A model generated the notes under the pieces. It was given only the letters and a program-made list of their open reading frames with translations. It did not search any database and was not told the DNA's origin. Source: Halorussus marinus (lineage in GTDB: Archaea; Halobacteriota; Halobacteria; Halobacteriales; Haladaptataceae). From it: a stretch of DNA of 64,000 bases. Positions 11,327 to 20,760 of the stretch are shown piece by piece. The stretch covers positions 1 through 64,000 of the forward strand of contig NZ_SBIV01000002.1 in NCBI RefSeq assembly GCF_004765795.1. The letters run 5' to 3'. Both the position numbers and the translations under genes were made by a program. Each line of letters opens with the position of its first letter. Positions within the stretch are counted from its first letter, which is position 1.

Positions 11327-11755
11327 CTACCGGACGACGGTCACCGTGACGGGCGCTCGGGCGACGACGTTCGTCGCGACCGTCCCCAGCAGTCGGGCGG
11401 TCAGGCCGGTCTCGCCGCCGTGGCCGCCCATGACGATGTGGTCGACCGCGGAGGCGTCGGCGTACGCGAGTATCGTCTCGACCGGGTCGCCCGTCTCGAC
11501 CGCGGTATCGACCGTTCGATCGACCTCCCGTGCGCGGGTTTCCGCCCGCTCGATCAGCTCGGCCGCGCGCTCGCGGGCTTCGGTGTGGCGTCGCTCGTTC
11601 GGGTCGAGGACGCCGCTCTCGATCATCGATTCGTCGATCGGCGTCACGACGTTCAGCACCGTGACGCGACAGTCGAAGGTCTCGAGGGCGTGGACGAGCG
11701 CTCGGTCAGCGAGCGGCGAGCCGTCGATGGGAACGAGGACGTGGTCGGGCGCCAT
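11327..11755 (-). CDS. Universal stress protein
   Basis: VLVPIDGS, IVMGGHG..LLGTVA. Confidence 0.92.
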   Translation of the reverse strand: MAPDHVLVPIDGSPLADRALVHALETFDCRVTVLNVVTPIDESMIESGVLDPNERRHTEARERAAELIERAETRAREVDRTVDTAVETGDPVETILAYADASAVDHIVMGGHGGETGLTARLLGTVATNVVARAPVTVTVVR

Positions 11756-11833
11756 ACCGACGCTATCGCTCCCGCGTACAAGTACCCACCCCCGACAACT
11801 CGATCTCGCCGCGGAATCCGAGGCCGGGCCGAC

Positions 11834-12886
11834 TCACTCCCGGGGCGCTTCTAGACACCGTTCGAGCGGTTCGATGACCTCGTCGGCGACCGCGTACGGA
11901 TCGGTCTCGCAGGCGACCACGTCCGCGAGCAGTTCCTCCATCCCACCGCGGCGCTCGATCTCGGCTTCGAGGAGCTGTCCGACGTCCTCCCGGAGGAGGT
12001 TGCGGATCTCCTCGGCGTATCTGGTCCGGGCCTTGGCTTCGAGCGCGCCCGACGACTCCAGATAGTCGTAGTGGTCGGCGAGCGTCTCGACCAGTCGCTC
12101 GACCCCCTCGCCGGTCTTGGCGACCGTCTCGACGACGCTCGGCGTCCAGCCCTCGTCGTCGGCCCGCTCGTCGGCGTCGCCGTCCGAGACCGCGCTCGCG
12201 CCGTGGTGGCCCGTCGCGAGGTTCGCGGTGCGGTCGGTCTGCATGTGGATCATCTCTCGGAGCTCCTGGACGGTGCGGTCCGCGCCGTCGAGGTCGGCCT
12301 TGTTGACGACGAACACGTCGCCGATCTCGAGGATGCCGGCCTTGAGCATCTGGACGTTGTCGCCGCTCTCGGGCGGGACCAGCACCGCCACGGTGTCGGC
12401 GGTCTTCACCACGTCGATCTCGTTCTGGCCGGCGCCGACGGTCTCGATGAGGATCTTGTCCTTTCCGAAGGCGTCTAAGGCCTTTACCGCGTCCGTGGTC
12501 GCGGTCGAGAGCCCGCCGAGCGTCCCGCGGGCGCTCATCGACCGGAAGAACACGTCCATGTCGCCGACGTTACTCGCCATCCGGATGCGGTCGCCAAGCA
12601 CCGCCCCGCCGGTGAACGGCGAGGAGGGGTCGACCGCGATGACCCCGACGGTCTCGCCGCGCTCGCGGTAGTAGTCCGCGAGCTTGTCGACCAGCGTCGA
12701 CTTGCCGGCGCCCGGACTGCCGGTGATGCCGACGACCTCGGCGTCGCCGGTGTGGGCGTGAAGCGCCGAGACCAGTTCGCGGTAGCCGGGGTCGCGGTTT
12801 TCGATCTTGGTGATGACGCGGGCGAGCGCGCGGTGTTTGCCCGCCAGCAGTTCCTCGAGCAGTTCGTCGTGGTCGGGCGCGCTCAT
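11834..12886 (-). CDS. meaB: Methylmalonyl-CoA mutase-associated GTPase
   Basis: GSPGAGKST, DPSSPFTGGAVLGDRIRM, ETVGAGQ, NKAD. Confidence 0.94.
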   Translation of the reverse strand: MSAPDHDELLEELLAGKHRALARVITKIENRDPGYRELVSALHAHTGDAEVVGITGSPGAGKSTLVDKLADYYRERGETVGVIAVDPSSPFTGGAVLGDRIRMASNVGDMDVFFRSMSARGTLGGLSTATTDAVKALDAFGKDKILIETVGAGQNEIDVVKTADTVAVLVPPESGDNVQMLKAGILEIGDVFVVNKADLDGADRTVQELREMIHMQTDRTANLATGHHGASAVSDGDADERADDEGWTPSVVETVAKTGEGVERLVETLADHYDYLESSGALEAKARTRYAEEIRNLLREDVGQLLEAEIERRGGMEELLADVVACETDPYAVADEVIEPLERCLEAPRE

Positions 12887-13299
12887 CGCTGTGGAGCGTT
12901 CTCGCGGACGAACTCGACGGTCTCTTCCATCGGCGTGCCGGGGCCGAACACCTCGGCGACGCCGAGGTCTTTGAGTTCGGCCTTGTCGTCGTCGGGGACC
13001 ACGCCGCCGACCAGCACGAGCGTGTCCTCGAACGCGTCGTACTCCTTCAGCCCGTCGATGACCTTCGGGATCAGGGTGTTGTGAGCCCCCGAGAGGATAG
13101 AGATGCCGAGGACGTTGACGTCCTCCTGGACCGCCGCCTGCACGATCTCGTCCGGGGCGTTGTGGAGCCCGGAGTAGATGACCTCGAACCCCGCGTCCCG
13201 GAACGCTCGGGCGATGACGTGCGCCCCCCGGTCGTGACCGTCGAGACCGACCTTGGCGACGAGACAGCGGATCGACTGCTGTTCCTGGTCTGCGCTCAT
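12883..13299 (-). CDS. Cobalamin-binding subunit of methylmalonyl-CoA mutase
   Basis: GLDGHDRG (DxHxxG), SILSGAH, LVGG. Confidence 0.93.
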   Translation of the reverse strand: MSADQEQQSIRCLVAKVGLDGHDRGAHVIARAFRDAGFEVIYSGLHNAPDEIVQAAVQEDVNVLGISILSGAHNTLIPKVIDGLKEYDAFEDTLVLVGGVVPDDDKAELKDLGVAEVFGPGTPMEETVEFVRENAPQR

Positions 13300-13464
13300 A
13301 CCTACCGATTCCGTCCGTTCGGGTTTCACTTTAACGGAAACATTTGCGAAAGTTCATTTGGATTCGCCCAAACGGGGTTGGAGAAACGCCCGACTGCGGT
13401 CGCTTCGTCGCCGGCCGAACGCCGGACAGGAACGCTCTTGGGCCGGTAGTCCCAACCACCGGAC

Positions 13465-14079
13465 ATGGCAACCGCAACGGCGAGGCGCCGGGTGAAAAAC
13501 AACCCCCGCGCCGCGACCGCGATTCTCTCGGCGGTGGGGTACGTGCTCGTGCTCGGGACGTTCGCGGGACTGCTCCCGATCTATCCGGAGCTCTCGCGGG
13601 CGACCACCGACCTGTTCAGCCACGCCATCGCGGCGGTCAACACGGTCGCGCTCACCGCCCTCCTGCTCGGGTGGCGGTGGATCCGCCGCGAGGAGGTCCG
13701 CAAACACCGGGCCGCGATGCTGACCGCGTTCGGGCTCATCCTCCTGTTTCTGGTGCTCTACCTCGTGAAGATCGGCGGCGGCGGCGAGAAGAGCATCGAC
13801 GCGACCGGGCTGGTCTACTACGCGTACCTCATCATGCTGGCGATCCACATCGTCCTCTCAGCGGTCTCGGTGCCGGTCGTGATCCACGCCGTCGTGCTCG
13901 GGCTGACCCACACGCCGGCCGAGCTCCGCGAGACCGCCCACGCCCGCGTCGGGCGCATCGCGGCCGCCGCGTGGGGGCTGAGCCTCGCGCTCGGGATCGT
14001 GACCTACCTCATGCTCAACCACATCTACGGCGTCGAGGAGTATCTCGCGGCGCTCGCGCCGGTCGTCTGGCGCCGATGA
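13465..14079 (+). CDS. DUF420 (CtaM/YozB-like) membrane protein
   Basis: HRAAM, LAIHIVL, HARVGR pattern in TM helices. Confidence 0.85.
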   Translation: MATATARRRVKNNPRAATAILSAVGYVLVLGTFAGLLPIYPELSRATTDLFSHAIAAVNTVALTALLLGWRWIRREEVRKHRAAMLTAFGLILLFLVLYLVKIGGGGEKSIDATGLVYYAYLIMLAIHIVLSAVSVPVVIHAVVLGLTHTPAELRETAHARVGRIAAAAWGLSLALGIVTYLMLNHIYGVEEYLAALAPVVWRR

Positions 14080-14939
14080 GCCAGCCCGACGTCGGCTCGC
14101 GCGTCGCCGACGCGCTCGACACGGCCGTCGAGGAGGTCTCGGCGCTCGAGGGCGGCGAGGTCGGCGCGGTCTTCCGGACTACCCTCGCCGACGGTCACAC
14201 CGTCGTCGCCAAGACGGGCCCGACGCCCCTCGGAGTCGAGGCCGAGATGCTGGCGTTTCTGGGCGATCGGGGCCTGCCCGTCCCCGAGGTCGTCCACGGA
14301 AGCGACGATCTGCTGGTGGTAGAGTACGTCGCCGGCGACGGCGACCTCACCGCCGACGCCGAACGCGACGCGGCCCGTCACCTCGCCGCGCTCCACGAGG
14401 AGTCCCCGCGGAAAGAGCGGCGAGCCTACGGCTTCCCGTTCGACACCCTCGACGGGCCGTACCGCCAGCCGAACCCGTGGACGGAGTCGTGGGCCGCGTT
14501 CTACCGCGACCACCGCCTGCTGTCCGTCGCGGCCAAGGCCCGAGCGGCGGGCGCGCTGTCGGCCGACCTGTTCGCCCGCGTCGAGTCGCTCGCCGCGGAC
14601 CTCGAGTCGTTGCTCCCGTCGTCGCCGCCCGCATCGCTCCTCCACGGCGACGTCTGGGACGAGAACCTCGTGGTCCGGGACGGCGAGGTCCGGGCGTTTC
14701 TCGACCCCGCCTGCTACTTCGGCCACGCCGAGGTCGAACTCGCGTACGTCGACTTCGCGGGATCGTTCGGCGACGTCTTCTTCGACGCCTACGAGGCCGC
14801 CCGGGGTATCGACGCCGGGTTCTTCGAGGGGCGCCGCGAGGTCTATCAGCTCTACCCGGTGTTGGTCCACCTGCTGTACTTCGGGGACGACCGGTACGCG
14901 AACCGGCTTCGCGAGACGCTCGAAGCCCTCGGGCGCTGA
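14076..14939 (+). CDS. Fructosamine kinase family protein
   Basis: SLLHGDVWDEN, DPACYFGHAEVELA. Confidence 0.9.
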   Translation: MSQPDVGSRVADALDTAVEEVSALEGGEVGAVFRTTLADGHTVVAKTGPTPLGVEAEMLAFLGDRGLPVPEVVHGSDDLLVVEYVAGDGDLTADAERDAARHLAALHEESPRKERRAYGFPFDTLDGPYRQPNPWTESWAAFYRDHRLLSVAAKARAAGALSADLFARVESLAADLESLLPSSPPASLLHGDVWDENLVVRDGEVRAFLDPACYFGHAEVELAYVDFAGSFGDVFFDAYEAARGIDAGFFEGRREVYQLYPVLVHLLYFGDDRYANRLRETLEALGR

Positions 14940-15150
14940 CCCGTCTCCGACCGGGTCGACGACGCCGAAGCCGCTCCAGTTGCCGAACACGTAGTCGCCC
15001 CGGAGGTCGGCCATCGCCTCGCCGTCGTAGACGTACCCGCCGACGACGACCGAGCCGTCGATGAACGCGGTCGTGCTCTTGGAGTGGGCGTACTGTATCT
15101 CCGGATCCCGAATGTCGGTCCCTCGCGGGCTCTCGGTCGAGCAGTCGGAT
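14940..15150 (-). pseudogene. Remnant of PQQ-dependent (glucose/sorbosone-type) sugar dehydrogenase
   Basis: Minus frame reads SDCSTESPRGTDIRDPEIQYAHSKSTTAFIDGSVVVGGYVYDGEAMADLRGDYVFGNWSG; GGYVYxG...LRGxYVFGxW is typical of that beta-propeller family; only ~70 codons remain. Confidence 0.7.
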
Positions 15151-15232
15151 ACCGTCCCGTGCGGTAATCCAGAATGCGGAACGGTACGGCGCCGTTACGT
15201 CGTTTCGCTCGGATTACCGTCGGCGCTTGCGA

Positions 15233-15991
15233 TCAGTCCGTCTCCGGGATCGCGTACGCGCCGGCGGCGAAAAAGGCGACCGCGAGCGCCGCCAGCACCG
15301 CCAGCTCGCCGGCGACCGGCCCGCCCGAAAACGTCAGTTGACGGACGCCGCGCGCGAAGTACGTCAGCGGCGAGACGTTCATCGCGGGCCGGAACCACGC
15401 CGGCAGGAGCGCCGGCGTGACGAACGTCTCCGAGAGAAAGAGCAGCGGGAGCGCGATGCCGTTGCTCGCGGCGATGACGCCGTCCTGCGAGTCGGCGGTG
15501 CTTCCCAGGATCGCGCCCAGTCCGCAAAACAGCGCGACCGCCAGCGCGGTAAACGCCGCCACCACCGCCAGATTCGCGGGGCCGAGCGCGAGGGCGGCGT
15601 CGGTCGCCAGCGTCAGCAGGCCGAGGATGAGCAACGCGGCGATCCCGATGATGAGGACGTTGACCAGCGTGTGGGCCAACAGCCACTCGGCCCGCGACAG
15701 CGGCGTGGTCGCCAGCTTCTCGAACCGGTTGCCCTCACGGTGGCGGGCCACGGTCGAGCCGACCCGCGACAGCGGCGTGAAAAGCACCACGACCGCCAGA
15801 TACCCCGGGAGGTAGTAGCCCGGCGGCTCGGCGAACAGCCCGCCGCCGCCGGGATTGGTCCCCACCAGCACCGCGAAGATGAGGATGAGGATGACCGGGA
15901 AGAAGAAGGTGAAAAACACCGCGGTCCGGCGGCGGACGAACGCGTGCCACGCCGCGACCGCCTCGGATCGGATCCGGGCCGGCCCGCTCAT
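15233..15991 (-). CDS. ABC-2 type exporter permease
   Basis: TFFFPV, KLATTPL, FLSETF..LPAW..SPLTY. Confidence 0.9.
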   Translation of the reverse strand: MSGPARIRSEAVAAWHAFVRRRTAVFFTFFFPVILILIFAVLVGTNPGGGGLFAEPPGYYLPGYLAVVVLFTPLSRVGSTVARHREGNRFEKLATTPLSRAEWLLAHTLVNVLIIGIAALLILGLLTLATDAALALGPANLAVVAAFTALAVALFCGLGAILGSTADSQDGVIAASNGIALPLLFLSETFVTPALLPAWFRPAMNVSPLTYFARGVRQLTFSGGPVAGELAVLAALAVAFFAAGAYAIPETD

Positions 15992-16971
15992 CGGTCGCCC
16001 CCCGCGAGGACGGCATCGGTCGGCCCACCGACGCGGTCGGCGTCGTCGTCGCCGACCGTCCGGTCGGTCAGCCGGAGGAAGACGTCTTCGAGGTCGGGCT
16101 CTTTCCACGTCAGCGCGTCGTAGGCGACGCCCCGATCGTCGAGGGCCGCGACGACCGCGCCGATCCCCTCGGGATCGACCCCGCGGACGACCAGTCCGGC
16201 GTCGGTCGGCTCGGCGTCGAAGCCGTCGGCGAGCGCGGCCGCCGCGTCCGAGCCGTCGAGTGTGTCCGCGCTCTCGTCGGGCGCGGCGAACTCGACGACG
16301 AGTCGGCTTCGACCCGCGTGGTCGGCGACGAGCTCTGCGGGCGAGCCGACCGCGACGAGCTCGCCGCCTCCGAGCAGTCCGACGCGGTCGGCGAGCCGCT
16401 CGGCCTCCGCCATGTAGTGGGTCGTCAGGAAGACGGTCGTGCCGCCGGCGGCGAGGTCTTCGATTAGCCCCCAGAGGGCGCGCCGGCCCGCGGGGTCGAT
16501 GCCGGTCGTCGGCTCGTCGAGAAAGAGCACGTCGGGGTCGTTGACCAGCGCGGTCCCGACGCAGGTCCGGCGGCGCTGGCCGCCCGAGAGGTTCTCGTAG
16601 CGGGTGTCGTCGGCCGCGTCGAGGCCGACCTCCGCGAGCACCGCGTCGGGGTCGCGGGCGTCGTCGTACAGCCCCGCGTAGTAGGCGACCAGCTCGCGCG
16701 CGGTGAGCCGTTCGGGCGGGTCGAACGACTGGGGGAGCAGTCCCAGCCGGGAGCGTTCGACCTCGTGCGGGCGTTCGCCCAGCACCGAGACCGTCCCCGA
16801 ATCGAGGTCGGTCGTCCCCGTCAGGGCCCGGACCAGCGTGGTCTTGCCCGCGCCGTTGGGGCCGATGAGCGCGAACACCTCCCCGTCGGCCACCGAGAGC
16901 GAGACCCCGGCGAGCGCGGCGGTGTCGCCGTACGTCCGCCGGACCTCCTCGGCGACGATTGCGTCGGTCAT
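15988..16971 (-). CDS. ABC exporter ATP-binding protein
   Basis: GPNGAGKTT, LSGGQ, LDEPTTGID, TTHYM. Confidence 0.95.
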   Translation of the reverse strand: MTDAIVAEEVRRTYGDTAALAGVSLSVADGEVFALIGPNGAGKTTLVRALTGTTDLDSGTVSVLGERPHEVERSRLGLLPQSFDPPERLTARELVAYYAGLYDDARDPDAVLAEVGLDAADDTRYENLSGGQRRRTCVGTALVNDPDVLFLDEPTTGIDPAGRRALWGLIEDLAAGGTTVFLTTHYMAEAERLADRVGLLGGGELVAVGSPAELVADHAGRSRLVVEFAAPDESADTLDGSDAAAALADGFDAEPTDAGLVVRGVDPEGIGAVVAALDDRGVAYDALTWKEPDLEDVFLRLTDRTVGDDDADRVGGPTDAVLAGGDR

Positions 16972-17053
16972 GGCCGGAGGTTGGGCCGTTCGGGGGTAAG
17001 GGGTTTCGGAACGCTCCGAGAAGCGGAGACGGGCTGTCGGCGACTCCGGCCGG

Positions 17054-19753
17054 TTACTCGCCGGCCGGGGGCGAACGCCGCCCTATCAGCGCCGCGACGA
17101 GGAGTGCGACCAGCGCGGATCCGATGCCGAACCCGGGTACCTCGGACGTGACCGACCCCTCGTCGGCCGAATCCACCGAAACGCTCACCGGTCCGACCTC
17201 GGAGACCCGTCGGTCGCTGTCGTTGCGTCGGTCGAAGTAGTACACCGCCTCCCCGGTGAGATCGTACTCGCCGGGGTCGTTGAACCGGACGTGGACCCGC
17301 AGGGTTTGCTCGTCGCCCGGACCGACCGTGATGTAGTCGGTCCCTTTCCTGCTCACGACTTCCCCGCCCTCGACCGACGAGATAGACGCCCCCTCGGAGG
17401 GAAGTTCGAGACCGAGCTTCGCGTCGAGCGATCGGTTCCGGAGCCTGTTGGTCACCGTGAACGTGACGATGGCCTCGTCGCCGACCGACACGTTCGAGCG
17501 GTGGGAGGTGAACTGGAACGTCGCGCTCTTCTGAACGGTGAGCACGCGCGTGAGGACGCCCGGGACGCCCTCGCCGTCGACGACCTTGAGAGAGACGGTG
17601 TGCTTGCCGACCTCGTCGAACGAGTGTGACACCGTGTTCCCGTCCGCCTCGAACTCGCCGTCGGCGTCGAAGTCCCACTCGTAGCCGGTCACGTTGGCGG
17701 GAGAGCTCCCGGTGAACACGACGTCCATCCCGTCTTTGGGCGTCTCGGGACTCCACTCGAACGACGCCTCCGGCGGGACCGCCGCCCGAACCGTCTTGCG
17801 CTCGCGTACCCGGTTGCCGGTATCGTCCCCGACCGTCAGCGTCACGTTGTGCGTCCCGGGGTCCGAGAACGTCCGCTCGACGGTCCTCCCCCGGAACGTC
17901 CTGCCGTCCTCGAACTTCCAGACGTAGTCGGTGACCCGCCCGTCCGGGTCGCTGGACTCGGCGGCATCGAACCGGACGGCGTTCCCCGTCCCGACCGGGT
18001 TCGAACCGAACGAGAACTCAGCGGTCGGAGGCTCGCTGACGCCGACGGTGCGGGTCGTAGACGCCGTCTTCTCACCGTTGTCCGTGACTTCGAGGCGAAC
18101 GCGGTACGATCCCTTCTCGGAGAACGAAATCGTCGCCGTCTGTCCCGACGCGACGTGGCGGTCGCCGACGTACCACGAGTAGTCGTGGATAGATCCGTCG
18201 GTGTCGTTCGATTCTGACGCGTCGAGTCGAACGTCGAGCCCGTCGTCGGTCGAGACCGTGTAGTCGAACCGGGGCTCGGGAGCGTCGTTCGAGACCGTTA
18301 TCGTCCGGCTCACGGTCCGGGTCTCCTCGCCGTTATCGGTGACTTCGAGCCCGACTGTGTAGGTGCCGGCCGTCTCGAACGCAGTCGAGGCCGTCTGGCC
18401 GGTTGGTTCGCCCCAGCCGCCGTAGTCGCCGTCGCCGTTCGTGTCCCACACGTAGGAGGTGATTTGGCCGTCGGCGTCCGTCGAGCCCGACGCGTCAAGC
18501 GTCACCGTCTCGTCGGGCGCCGGCTCGGACGGCGAGAACGTGAAGTTCGGCTCTGGAGGCTCGTTGGTGACTGTTATCTGCTTGGTTACGGTCGTCGACT
18601 CCTGGCCGTTATCGGTGACTTCGAGCCCGACTGTGTAGGTGCCGGCGGTGTCGAACGCCACCGAAGCCGTCTGGCCGGTGGGCTCGCCGTAGTCGCCGTA
18701 ATCGCCGTCGCCCTCCGTGTCCCACGCGTAGGACGTGATCTGGCCGTCGGCGTCCGTCGAGTCGGTGGCATCGAGCGCTATCTCCTCGTCGGGCGCCGGC
18801 TCGGACGGGGAGAAACTGAAGGTCGCAGTGGGCGCATCGTTCGTCACCGTCACCGACTTGCTGAACGTCTTCGATTTCCCGCCGTTGTCGGTGACTTCGA
18901 GCCCGACGGTGTACGTTCCGGCGGTGTCGAACGACATGGTCGCGGTCTGGCCGGTGGGCTCGCCGTAGTCGCCGTAATCGCCGTCGCCCTCCGTGTCCCA
19001 GTTGTACGACGTGATCCGGCCGTCGGCGTCCGTCGACCCCGACGCGTCCAGCGTCACCGTCTCGTCGGGGACCGGCTCGGATGGCGAGACGCTGAACGAC
19101 GGTTCTGGCGCCTCGTTCGTCACCGTCACCGTCTCCGTCACGGTGTGGGTCTTACCGCCGTTGTCGGTCACTTTCAGCCCAACGGTGTAGGTCCCGTGGC
19201 TATCGAACGTCTTCTCGGCTGTCTGGCCGGTGGGCTCGCCGTAGTCGCCGTAGTCGCCGTCGCCCTCCGTGTCCCACGCGTAGGAGACGATCTCGCCGTC
19301 GGCGTCCGTCGACCCCGACGCGTCGAACGTCACGGTATCCCCCGCGACCGGGTCCGACGGCGTGTAACTGAACGACGCGGTCGGCGCTTCGTTGGTGACC
19401 CGTATCGTCTCGGTGTAGGTGTCGGTATCGCCGCTGTCGTCGGTCACTTTCAGCCCAACGGTGTAGGTCCCGTGGCTATCGAACGTCTTCTCGGCTGTCT
19501 GGCCGGTGGGCTCGCCGTAGTCGCCGTAGTCGCCATCGCCCTCCGTGTCCCACTCGTAAGAGGCGATCTCACCGTCGGCGTCCGTCGATCCCGACGCGTC
19601 GAACGTCACCGTGTCTCCCGCGACCGGATCCGAAGGGGAGTATTCGAACGTCGCAGTCGGTGATTGGCTCGCGCCCGCGAGACCTGCTCCGGAGAGAAGA
19701 AGCACTGCGACCACGACTGCGTACGAACGGCTGTCGAAAGTCATGAATTCCAT
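17054..19753 (-). CDS. Cell-surface protein: signal peptide, 8 PKD domains, Ig-like domain, PGF-CTERM
   Basis: Repeated P-x-A-x-F...FDASGS.D.DG.I..Y.WD...GTYTVGL.VTD; C-terminal VPGFG-TM-RR. Confidence 0.92.
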   Translation of the reverse strand: MEFMTFDSRSYAVVVAVLLLSGAGLAGASQSPTATFEYSPSDPVAGDTVTFDASGSTDADGEIASYEWDTEGDGDYGDYGEPTGQTAEKTFDSHGTYTVGLKVTDDSGDTDTYTETIRVTNEAPTASFSYTPSDPVAGDTVTFDASGSTDADGEIVSYAWDTEGDGDYGDYGEPTGQTAEKTFDSHGTYTVGLKVTDNGGKTHTVTETVTVTNEAPEPSFSVSPSEPVPDETVTLDASGSTDADGRITSYNWDTEGDGDYGDYGEPTGQTATMSFDTAGTYTVGLEVTDNGGKSKTFSKSVTVTNDAPTATFSFSPSEPAPDEEIALDATDSTDADGQITSYAWDTEGDGDYGDYGEPTGQTASVAFDTAGTYTVGLEVTDNGQESTTVTKQITVTNEPPEPNFTFSPSEPAPDETVTLDASGSTDADGQITSYVWDTNGDGDYGGWGEPTGQTASTAFETAGTYTVGLEVTDNGEETRTVSRTITVSNDAPEPRFDYTVSTDDGLDVRLDASESNDTDGSIHDYSWYVGDRHVASGQTATISFSEKGSYRVRLEVTDNGEKTASTTRTVGVSEPPTAEFSFGSNPVGTGNAVRFDAAESSDPDGRVTDYVWKFEDGRTFRGRTVERTFSDPGTHNVTLTVGDDTGNRVRERKTVRAAVPPEASFEWSPETPKDGMDVVFTGSSPANVTGYEWDFDADGEFEADGNTVSHSFDEVGKHTVSLKVVDGEGVPGVLTRVLTVQKSATFQFTSHRSNVSVGDEAIVTFTVTNRLRNRSLDAKLGLELPSEGASISSVEGGEVVSRKGTDYITVGPGDEQTLRVHVRFNDPGEYDLTGEAVYYFDRRNDSDRRVSEVGPVSVSVDSADEGSVTSEVPGFGIGSALVALLVAALIGRRSPPAGE
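18293..19672 (-). repeat. Five tandem 276-bp (92-aa) intragenic PKD repeats
   Basis: GTGGGCTCGCCGTAGTCGCCG recurs at 19506, 19230, 18954, 18678 (276-bp period), with a diverged fifth unit; boundaries approximate. Confidence 0.9.
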
Positions 19754-19951
19754 TCGTATGTTGACCGTCAGATGTCGGCCTTATAGCTTTCGTTAGACGA
19801 GTAATTACAGATCAAGTATACGTCCGAGAAGTTGGATGAGTGCCCGACTGTGGCCCGACTATTCGTCTTATTGCTAGCTAATGCGCTACAGATTAGATGT
19901 AGTTAGCAAGATATAAGTCGGAATATCCGAGTGGAACGCACGAACTGAGAG

Positions 19952-20722
19952 ATGATACGGAACACGACACGAGTCGTATCTGTCGCTATCGCATTCACGG
20001 TGTTGCTCTCCGCTCTCGCTCTCCCGGTCGGAGCGAGCGGTCTCGCTCTGGCGCAGGACGGCGGCAACGACGCGACTGCTACTGCGACGACGACGGAAAC
20101 GACTACGACGACTGCTACGACAACGACGGCGACTACCTCTTCGACGACGGCGGAGACGACTACGACAGCCACTCCGACGACCGCAGAAACGACCACGACC
20201 GCGGCGTGTGAGCCGGGCAGTTCGGAGCCGAAGCTTTCCCAATCGCGGCTCTACGCCGCCCAGAAGACGGTCGAACCCGGAAGCCCCGGACGCATCGCCG
20301 GTGGCTTCCAGGTCGACCCGACTGCCCAGTGCCCGGTCGTGGTCCACATCACGATGTCGGTCCCTAGCGGAATGTCCATCGAGGGATCGTCGGACATCGC
20401 CAGCGCCGGTGCGGGGATGGTCACCGCGAAGTTTACCGTTCGCCCCGGCGCGAACGTCAAGGACATCGCCGCGAACGTGTACAGCCAGAACACCGGTCAG
20501 CGAACCGTCACCGCCGACATCCAGTACTGGCCGGAAGGCCACCAGGAGATGGCCCGCGAGATCGACGGGCTGAGATTCACCTACGACGTGAAAGAGCCAG
20601 CGACGCCCACGCAGACGGGGTCGGAAGACGGTGAGGGCCTCCAGATCTCCACGCCCGGCTTCGGTGTGATCGCGACGCTCGGTGCGCTCGTCTGTGCGTT
20701 CGCGCTTCTCCGGCGCGAGTAA
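19952..20722 (+). CDS. Thr-rich PGF-CTERM surface glycoprotein
   Basis: Signal peptide, poly-Thr linker, beta-sandwich domain with 2 Cys, TPGFG-TM-RRE. Confidence 0.88.
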   Translation: MIRNTTRVVSVAIAFTVLLSALALPVGASGLALAQDGGNDATATATTTETTTTTATTTTATTSSTTAETTTTATPTTAETTTTAACEPGSSEPKLSQSRLYAAQKTVEPGSPGRIAGGFQVDPTAQCPVVVHITMSVPSGMSIEGSSDIASAGAGMVTAKFTVRPGANVKDIAANVYSQNTGQRTVTADIQYWPEGHQEMAREIDGLRFTYDVKEPATPTQTGSEDGEGLQISTPGFGVIATLGALVCAFALLRRE

Positions 20723-20760
20723 CTCCTTCTTCGTCCGATTTCGAGAACGCGTCGGATCGG

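Noticed and set aside
11834..13299. Mutase small subunit without large subunit
   Set aside because: Split, dispersed methylmalonyl-CoA mutase genes are normal in archaea.
18293..19672. Regularly spaced repeats as a possible CRISPR array
   Set aside because: 276-bp in-frame coding repeats of PKD domains; no cas genes.
20070..20200. ACG/ACT low-complexity tract
   Set aside because: Encodes an ordinary Thr-rich linker, not a phase-variable repeat.
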